26,854 nt of DNA from Calditrichia bacterium. GTDB taxonomy: Bacteria > Calditrichota > Calditrichia > RBG-13-44-9. Made by a program: the position numbers and the translations under genes. Location of the stretch: positions 1-26,854 of the forward strand of contig JARRQT010000040.1 in assembly GCA_037381445.1 (NCBI GenBank), given 5' to 3'. The notes under the pieces were generated by a model. That model saw only the letters and a list, made by a program, of their open reading frames with translations. It ran no database searches and was not told the origin of the DNA. Every line of letters begins with the position of its first letter. Positions within the stretch are counted from its first letter, which is position 1. Positions 18,827 through 24,913 of the stretch are shown in pieces.

Positions 18827-19960
18827 CTAAAATGCGTAACCGATTCCAATTCCCAGCGCCTCGCGGCCGTTGAAAAAGGGATAGAGCTGAACCCGTTCGG
18901 TTTTGCGGTCAGCCGGATCTCCGGGAATCCGCTGCGGGCGCGTCACGCGGTGAATGCGGGAGGCGGCAATTTTGCCCATGGTGTATCCGATAGCCAGCGC
19001 CAGGGGATAATCGCTGGCCCAGTGAACCCCGTTGTTGAGCATCTGGAAAGCCAGCACCGTCATGAGCGAATATCCCAGGGGCCGGATATAGCGGTGTTCG
19101 GGGTAATTTTCGGAAATGACCGTCACCACCATCATCGCGGTGGCCAGGTGCCCGGAGGGATAGGCGTCATATGAGGAAACGTGCTTGTGATATTCCACCT
19201 GGTTGGGAAAGGGACGCCACATGCCGGCCGGCACCGTGGCACTGGAAGGGCTCTGGCGGCCGGTAATATGTTTCAGAGTCTGAATGACTACCGCCACCGA
19301 AATCAGGCCTTCGGCCAACTGGCTGCTGGTTTCCAGCGCCCGGTTATTACTGCCGATCAGCCCGTAGCCGAAAAATGAGGCCGTGATCACCACGTCGAGG
19401 AAGCCGTCCCCAAGATAATAGAGAGCGGAGCCGGTATTGGCGGGAACGTAGATGGGAAAACCGAACACATGCGTGATATTTCTGTTTTTGATATCCCCGG
19501 AAATATGCAGCCGTTTTCCCAGCCGCTGCGATTCGTCGATAATGGGCTGATCGATGGCCACCAGCAGGGCGGTGGACGCCAGCACCGCGGTCCATTGCGG
19601 GATGTTCACGGTCCTGAAAGTTGTTTTTCCATAGCGGGCGATATCCTTGAATCCATTTGTAAAAAATTCGAAGGGGCGCGGTTTCGCATAGATGAAATCC
19701 ATGTCCCGGCTGATGCGGTAGCGCTGCACGGAGGCGGCGGGATAATCTTCCCGGAATTCCTGTTCATTGGCGGTGCTGTCCTGACACAAAATCCCGGTGA
19801 TTTGGGAAAAAATAAAAAGCGCTGCGATGGCAATGCCCGTCAGCAGCCGGCCGGGCGCGGAATCATTTGCCATGGATGGACCTCTTTCTGAATCCGGCGA
19901 TTTATCCGGAAGTGCATTCCTGCGGTCTGTTTGTTCCATTCTTGATGAGAATTTGCTCAT
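18827..19960 (-). CDS. PAP2-family phosphatase/phosphoesterase, exported
   Basis: C1 KHITGRQSP, C2 YPSGH, C3-like NGVHWASD, hydrophobic signal-like stretch. ATG 19960 overlaps the upstream stop (ATGA); alternative start at 19873. Confidence 0.88.
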   Translation of the reverse strand: MSKFSSRMEQTDRRNALPDKSPDSERGPSMANDSAPGRLLTGIAIAALFIFSQITGILCQDSTANEQEFREDYPAASVQRYRISRDMDFIYAKPRPFEFFTNGFKDIARYGKTTFRTVNIPQWTAVLASTALLVAIDQPIIDESQRLGKRLHISGDIKNRNITHVFGFPIYVPANTGSALYYLGDGFLDVVITASFFGYGLIGSNNRALETSSQLAEGLISVAVVIQTLKHITGRQSPSSATVPAGMWRPFPNQVEYHKHVSSYDAYPSGHLATAMMVVTVISENYPEHRYIRPLGYSLMTVLAFQMLNNGVHWASDYPLALAIGYTMGKIAASRIHRVTRPQRIPGDPADRKTERVQLYPFFNGREALGIGIGYAF

Positions 19961-20595
19961 TTTTCCCGGGGCGGGGGATGATAAAGGCCTGCCTCGTTTA
20001 CACCCTGCATTCCGGCCCGGTAGGTGCGCTCATCAACCGGGGAAAGTTTTTGGCTCATGGCGGGCGTGACAATGCTGACCCGGCGCAGGTGGTCAAAACG
20101 GTCGGCCGCCACCTCCAGGTGCGCATCGCTTTGTGTCCAGTTCAGCCCGTCGAATTTGCTCATGTCCAGGGGGAAAGTATAGCCGCGGAGCGTTTTTTCG
20201 GCCTCCACATTATAATAGAATTCAAAATAGGACATCACCAGCTCCCGCAGCGTGCGGTAGACCGGCTCCCGGAAACGCAGCCCCACAAAATTCGATTTGG
20301 CCACCGCCCCCCAGCAGTTGTCCCGTTTGAAGAGGGCCAGCATGTGGTCGTCGTCCCGTTCCGCCAGCATATCGATAATCAGCGGCTTATGACCCAGCCG
20401 CCGGAGCGCACAAGCCGCGAAAAGCGCGCCGTCAAAACAGTGGGCTTTCCTGTCCCAACGGTAAATGGGGTCTTCACTGTAGGGGATGCTGTCCAGGAAG
20501 GCCTGAATGGCAGGCGGATCGGACAGTCTCTGCAGAATTTCCATTTCCTGCGCTGTCCAGTTGTCATTGTATGGGAGAGATTGATGCGGCATCAT
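19957..20595 (-). CDS. Transglutaminase-like (Cys-His-Asp) conserved hypothetical protein
   Basis: IQAFLDSIPY, AHCFDGALFAA, DDDHMLALF, WGAVAKSNFVGLRFREPVYRTLRELVMSYF. Confidence 0.8.
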   Translation of the reverse strand: MMPHQSLPYNDNWTAQEMEILQRLSDPPAIQAFLDSIPYSEDPIYRWDRKAHCFDGALFAACALRRLGHKPLIIDMLAERDDDHMLALFKRDNCWGAVAKSNFVGLRFREPVYRTLRELVMSYFEFYYNVEAEKTLRGYTFPLDMSKFDGLNWTQSDAHLEVAADRFDHLRRVSIVTPAMSQKLSPVDERTYRAGMQGVNEAGLYHPPPREK

Positions 20596-20694
20596 GCAAA
20601 TTTCCTGAATCGGCGGTTAAAACAGATGATAAAACATTGCGATGATTTTCTATGGGCCGCCTTTGCAGGGGCGGCACCAGTCTGCTGCTGTGTC

Positions 20695-20705
20695 AATATA
20701 ACAAA
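20695..20705 (-). promoter_or_regulatory. Putative extended -10 promoter element TTTGTTATATT
   Basis: Same 11-mer as 1950..1960, 99 nt upstream of ATG 20595. Confidence 0.4.
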
Positions 20706-20865
20706 AACGGATGAAACAGAACAGGAAAATTCACCAGTACGGAAATTTAACAATTCAGGGAATGGAAAAATTTATCTGCAATTATGTCGGACAGGTTAAT
20801 TACTGATGAATGTGAATTAGACGTAATAGAGGGGTCCAGTAAATCATGCAAAACTATCTTCAAAG

Positions 20866-20976
20866 GTCATTCCCAGTTTACCTCTACGGGGCATGCCTCA
20901 GGCGGGAATCTACTATAACAGGGATGCAATTGTTTTTCCTGTATATATGGATTCCGGCAATCCATGGCGGAATGAC
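20866..20976. repeat. Palindromic REP/MITE-like element of GTCATTCC...GGAATC / GATTCC...GGAATGAC type
   Basis: Terminal 8-bp inverted repeat GTCATTCC/GGAATGAC, inner GGAATCTA/TGGATTCC arms, and a further inner ACAGG/CCTGT pair. Confidence 0.7.
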
Positions 20977-21280
20977 ATTTAAAATTGCAGATACTCTTAA
21001 ATCGAACACAGGTTAATTACCAAATTCCCGGAAGCCGGACCTCGGGAGTCTGTTTTATCCTTTGTAATCGCAAGGGCGGAATCATGGTTTATTTTGATCT
21101 TGATCGCGTCTGTCTCTTTTAAGGATAGCTTTTCATTTTTATTTTTTTCTGGTTCCGAAATTAAAATTTATAGACTATCCGTGCCAATTTGGGTTACGCA
21201 CCCTGTATGCCGGATCGAAAACGCCGGCAGATAGCGCAATAATTCTTTCTTTTACAGCGGGCTAGTATCAATCATCTTTT

Positions 21281-21293
21281 TATCAATGTCTTG
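21281..21293 (+). promoter_or_regulatory. IHF-consensus site
   Basis: TATCAATGTCTTG matches WATCAANNNNTTR exactly. Confidence 0.35.
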
Positions 21294-21322
21294 CAGACGT
21301 AATCTTTGCGGGCGATCTCATA

Positions 21323-21859
21323 CTATTGGCTAATGGATGAGATTGCCGTGTCACTCGCTTTTTTCTTTTTCCTATTATTATCCGGCACCAAAAAGGAGAG
21401 TACCGCTCCGATGCCTGCGCCAATCAAAGCCGGCTTCAGATGAAAAACGATTATGTTAAACCCACCGGCCTTCCCGGTTGCGACGCCAAAGAAGAATCCT
21501 GATATGGACCCGATGGCGACAAACATGGCAATCCTGCCGGGTCTGATTTTTCCGCCTGATGAATCGTTGGCTGATGCTGATAGTGAAAACGTCCTTAACG
21601 GACTGATATCCGCCTCTGTTCTTTCTGGCCGGCTCTTATCAAACGAATTACCTGATTTTTTATAATACCTCACAAACCCGGCGTAAATATACCTCAATGC
21701 GTCTTCCGGCGATTTTTGGTTGGAAACCTGAACACTTTTTATCCCTGTTAAAGGCGGGCCAAGCCTTTCAACAACAGTCTGACCGTAGACGGATGGGGTT
21801 AATAATGCCGCCAGAAAATACAGGCAAGGAAAATAATGTCTCAAACAGATAGCCTTCAT
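21323..21859 (-). CDS. Exported hypothetical protein with C-terminal glycine-zipper-like membrane hairpin
   Basis: Signal-like N-terminus ending VYG-Q, IGSISGFFFGVATG and IGAGIGAVLS helices, basic tail. Start taken at ATG 21859. Confidence 0.65.
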   Translation of the reverse strand: MKAICLRHYFPCLYFLAALLTPSVYGQTVVERLGPPLTGIKSVQVSNQKSPEDALRYIYAGFVRYYKKSGNSFDKSRPERTEADISPLRTFSLSASANDSSGGKIRPGRIAMFVAIGSISGFFFGVATGKAGGFNIIVFHLKPALIGAGIGAVLSFLVPDNNRKKKKASDTAISSISQ

Positions 21860-21911
21860 TATGATTTCTCTTTTAATTTTGCACTTTTCCAACCATGAGC
21901 AAAATATCGGT

Positions 21912-21947
21912 AAAAGATAAAAAGCCGGTCCGATCACCAGGGCCGGA
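21912..21947 (-). terminator. Putative Rho-independent terminator
   Basis: Imperfect GC hairpin CCGGCCC...GGACCGG followed by CTTTTTATCTTTT on the minus strand, downstream of 22006..22533. Confidence 0.5.
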
Positions 21948-22005
21948 CACTGACAGGTACAGCGAAACCATATGGAATCACTTTCCCGAAATCCGTTCCG
22001 GCAGC

Positions 22006-22533
22006 TTAAAATTTAAACCTGTATCCTGCTTCCAGAAATATTCCCACGCTGTGGAGAAGGGGGATGACGGCCCAGGCGCTGCTGATATGAACTTTCAGGA
22101 ACGGTTTTAAAACGATGCCGGAGGAGTGGTAAAACTCGACTCCGCCATTGACGAAAAAATCGAGGTAATTATAAGTATCAATGCCATGGTCATGAACTCC
22201 TTCCCCTATTTTATACTTTCCGAAACCCAGGTCCGTCTGTATGAATGGCGATAATGAATGATGCATCAGAAAGTTCTTCTTCAGCGAAAAGCCGCCAGCA
22301 AAATCAACAAAATATCTGGGGCCAAAATAACTCTTTACTCCCGGTTTATATTGGAAAAAAACAGTCCAACCTTTCTCAAATTGATGCTGGGCATCGATAA
22401 AACCGGAACCAAGGGTAAAAGTGATGGAATTTTTGCCTGACCGCTGTGTTACGGCGGAGAGTCCCGGTCCTGCCAATAGTCTTTTACTGCAAAAAAAGAG
22501 GAGTAGTGATAAAATTATAATTTTAGTCCGCAT
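22006..22533 (-). CDS. Putative small outer-membrane beta-barrel protein
   Basis: Signal peptide, alternating Gly/aromatic strands, SPFIQTDLGFG, and C-terminal FLEAGYRFKF beta-signal. Confidence 0.75.
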   Translation of the reverse strand: MRTKIIILSLLLFFCSKRLLAGPGLSAVTQRSGKNSITFTLGSGFIDAQHQFEKGWTVFFQYKPGVKSYFGPRYFVDFAGGFSLKKNFLMHHSLSPFIQTDLGFGKYKIGEGVHDHGIDTYNYLDFFVNGGVEFYHSSGIVLKPFLKVHISSAWAVIPLLHSVGIFLEAGYRFKF

Positions 22534-22620
22534 CTGTAAGGCCTTTGTTTATCGGTTCATATCCATGAACAGTTGAATTACACTGGAAAATAAATATTTT
22601 TTAGGGTCATGACCCATTTT

Positions 22621-22779
22621 TTAATATCCCTTATCCTCCCACCAAACATTCTGAACTGGTCCTGGGGGAGCAATATTTCCAACATCTTCTGGTAAACTAA
22701 ACCATTTTGTTGCAATATATCCTCCAACGTTAAATGTCCATCCGGATATAATGCCTCTAAAAACACTAAATGTAGTTTC
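22621..22779 (-). pseudogene. Possible start-less gene 3' fragment (52 aa) abutting the IS-like remnant
   Basis: Frame ETTFSVFRGIISGWTFNVGGYIATKWFSLPEDVGNIAPPGPVQNVWWEDKGY* begins at the element boundary and has no start codon. Confidence 0.3.
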
Positions 22780-22781
22780 TC

Positions 22782-22835
22782 TGAGGTGGACCCCAAATCA
22801 AGACCAAAATTAATTAATTTTAGGGCGGAACCTCA
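22782..22835. mobile_element. IS3-family-like terminal remnant (54 bp)
   Basis: 5'-TG...CA-3' ends with imperfect IRs TGAGGTGGACCCCAAA / TGAGGTTCCGCCCTAAAA (reverse complement) and internal palindrome AAAATTAATTAATTTT. No target duplication seen. Confidence 0.4.
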
Positions 22836-23036
22836 TTTGTTTTGACTCAATTGTTTTTATGATATTTTGTAATCTTAAAGGCTGTAAACATATTGAAACT
22901 GCCTTTAGGAAGAGCAAATTGGTTAGCCTCATCTTAAAACTCAAGTCAGTCCTTTTTCATTTTCTCCTCTCATTTTTTGAATTTAACTCCCATACAGTGG
23001 CCCAAATATTGGGATCCATTATATTTTCTTCATAGC

Positions 23037-23645
23037 TTAGAAACTTAACATAACCCCGATTCGGGAATTGTGATTCAATGTTGTAAGATAAGGTTGAATA
23101 CGGATCTTTTCCATTTCTTTTCCAAAAGAAGGCTTTTCAGTTGGTTCTTTCTTGTTAAATATTTCGTTGCCAATTGCAGAGAATACCGGTGTGACAAACA
23201 TGGATACCAAAACCAACCCGATATCCTTTTGTATCTCTCGCGCGGGAAATGTTTTCTCAAAATTGGGACTGGCCAAAACAGTATAAGTAATAACCGGCAG
23301 TGCCGAAAATGCCAGGTTTTTGAGGAAAATCCCGGTGGACTGCCGGGCTTGTTTTTTCAAGAGTAAATTACCGGCCAGGTGACCGGCAGTAATTGCAGTG
23401 GCAATATAGATCTCATCTCTCTGATCTCCCGAATTGGAATTGATGACATCCATTCCTTCAAGCACCTTAAGAGTAAGCGCAGTTACTCCCCAGCCTGCTA
23501 ATTCTCCCACCTGCGCAGCAGCCCAATTTTTTAAAATCCGGTTTTGTTTTGCCGGTTGCACGTCCTGGCAAATTGCCCGATTAACAATAACTAAAAATGA
23601 TAAAAAGATTAAAAGTTGGAGCTTCATCTTGCTTTTCGCTTTCAT
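23037..23645 (-). CDS. Exported hypothetical membrane protein with C-terminal beta-hairpin ending in Phe
   Basis: Signal peptide (LLIFLSFLVIVNRAIC-Q), several amphipathic/hydrophobic helices, tail IRIQPYL...RIGVMLSF. Confidence 0.75.
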   Translation of the reverse strand: MKAKSKMKLQLLIFLSFLVIVNRAICQDVQPAKQNRILKNWAAAQVGELAGWGVTALTLKVLEGMDVINSNSGDQRDEIYIATAITAGHLAGNLLLKKQARQSTGIFLKNLAFSALPVITYTVLASPNFEKTFPAREIQKDIGLVLVSMFVTPVFSAIGNEIFNKKEPTEKPSFGKEMEKIRIQPYLTTLNHNSRIGVMLSF

Positions 23646-23808
23646 AGTTTGTGAGTTGTTTAATCAAATCACTAATCTTCCCAAAACAGTCTGTTTTATT
23701 TAAATAATACCCAATCCGGTTTTTCTGTTAAAAGGAATGTGCCTCATTCCATGATACTTCCAAACAATCATAAGATGTCTTTAGGCATCCATTTTTACCT
23801 ATTTATAA

Positions 23809-23824
23809 CACAATCTTCATGCCA
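23809..23824 (-). promoter_or_regulatory. Near-consensus sigma54 (-24/-12) promoter
   Basis: TGGCATGAAGATTGTG versus TGGCACG-N4-TTGCW. Spacing is correct; -12 reads GT instead of GC. Confidence 0.45.
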
Positions 23825-23897
23825 GACTTTGCATATTTTTGTATTTTATTAATATTACATGATTTAGATGCGATTTTTGAGCGTTTCATTTTGGGTG

Positions 23898-23919
23898 AAT
23901 GTTTCAGGTGTGAAACATT
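23898..23919. promoter_or_regulatory. Palindromic operator/enhancer candidate
   Basis: AATGTTTCA-GGTG-TGAAACATT perfect 9-bp arms, 74-95 bp upstream of the -24 box. Confidence 0.5.
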
Positions 23920-24265
23920 ATGTTGAACAAGGCGGGAATTATTCCCGTTTTTTAAGGGGGTCCTGGCAAAAAAATGAAGCTGATATATTCCGGTGTCTGA
24001 AAAACAGCTTTCAAAAGACAGATGGACATGTTCAAAACGGACTGTTAAGGAAATGAATTACGCCTCTTCTACGCGGATGATTCCATTTGTTATTCCCGGA
24101 AATAATTTTTCATTTAGGGGACAAAAGTTGATGTTAATTTGCGGAGATGGTTTTAGGGAATGGACTGCGGAAAGGTGTTGAAAAATATGAAATCAGTTTT
24201 AAAGGAGAGCGGAAAGTGCGTGTATCTTATAAATCCGGGGAAAGCAGCAAACAGTCCCATATATT

Positions 24266-24484
24266 TTAATGGAATTTACCTTCCCGGCCAGATTCGCCCA
24301 ATGAAAGATGTTCCAGAAAATAGCTCTCCCGGTGATTGGCGGTGTTGTATATAACCAGAATGGAAGTCTCATCGGAGAGAATGAAAGATACCTGAAGTTC
24401 TTTTCCTTTTTGTTCGATTCGCGTATCACGGGGATTCGCTTCCTGAAAAAACTGTTCCGCTTCTTCCCGGCTGATCTGTTTCAT
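24266..24484 (-). CDS. Small hypothetical protein (72 aa, MKQISREEAEQFF...)
   Basis: GGGGGGA RBS-like tract before ATG 24484 and globular alpha/beta-like composition. Confidence 0.6.
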   Translation of the reverse strand: MKQISREEAEQFFQEANPRDTRIEQKGKELQVSFILSDETSILVIYNTANHRESYFLEHLSLGESGREGKFH

Positions 24485-24843
24485 GCGGTTAATCCCCCCG
24501 TTCGCTAAAATTGCATACATTTCTATACACCCCAAAATTTGAAAGGATCATAGGTTTTTTAAAAAGCTCGAGATTTTGCCCGTCCTGCGCACAATTTAAA
24601 TCATCACCCCGCATCAAGTCAATAGCGGGAATCGCCGGCCGCATTTATATCAGACAGACGAATCCGGATTTTGTTCTTGGATTTGGAGGAAAAAATAAAA
24701 AAATCTAATATTTTGTTTTGCCGGATTTATAATTTGGGGGAGACCCTTTTCCTGCCTGCGAAATGAGCATTATTAAATAATTCATCCTGAATTTTCCAGG
24801 GAAAGAGATGGTGATTTTTCCAGTCATGAAGCTGCAGATGTGA

Positions 24844-24876
24844 GAATGAACCCGGCATTCTGCGCCGGATTCATTC
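24844..24876 (-). terminator. Stem-loop downstream of the last gene (terminator or stabiliser)
   Basis: GAATGAATCCGGC/GCCGGGTTCATTC 13-bp stem on the minus strand with one G-U pair. There is no clear U-tract. Confidence 0.45.
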
Positions 24877-24913
24877 CCCTTCTGAAATTGTTTAAACAGT
24901 TGCGACGGAGAGA

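Noticed and set aside
19867..20799. 310-aa plus-strand ORF
   Set aside because: Antisense to the transglutaminase-like gene with no motifs.
22578..22796. 72-aa ORF from the track
   Set aside because: Its TTG start lies inside the IS-like remnant with no RBS. The overlapping frame 22621..22779 looks at least as protein-like.
21323..23645. Integron cassette array
   Set aside because: Genes are co-oriented, but no paired RYYYAAC/GTTRRRY attC structures follow the stops (only a lone GTTAAAT near 22981..22987) and no integrase is present.
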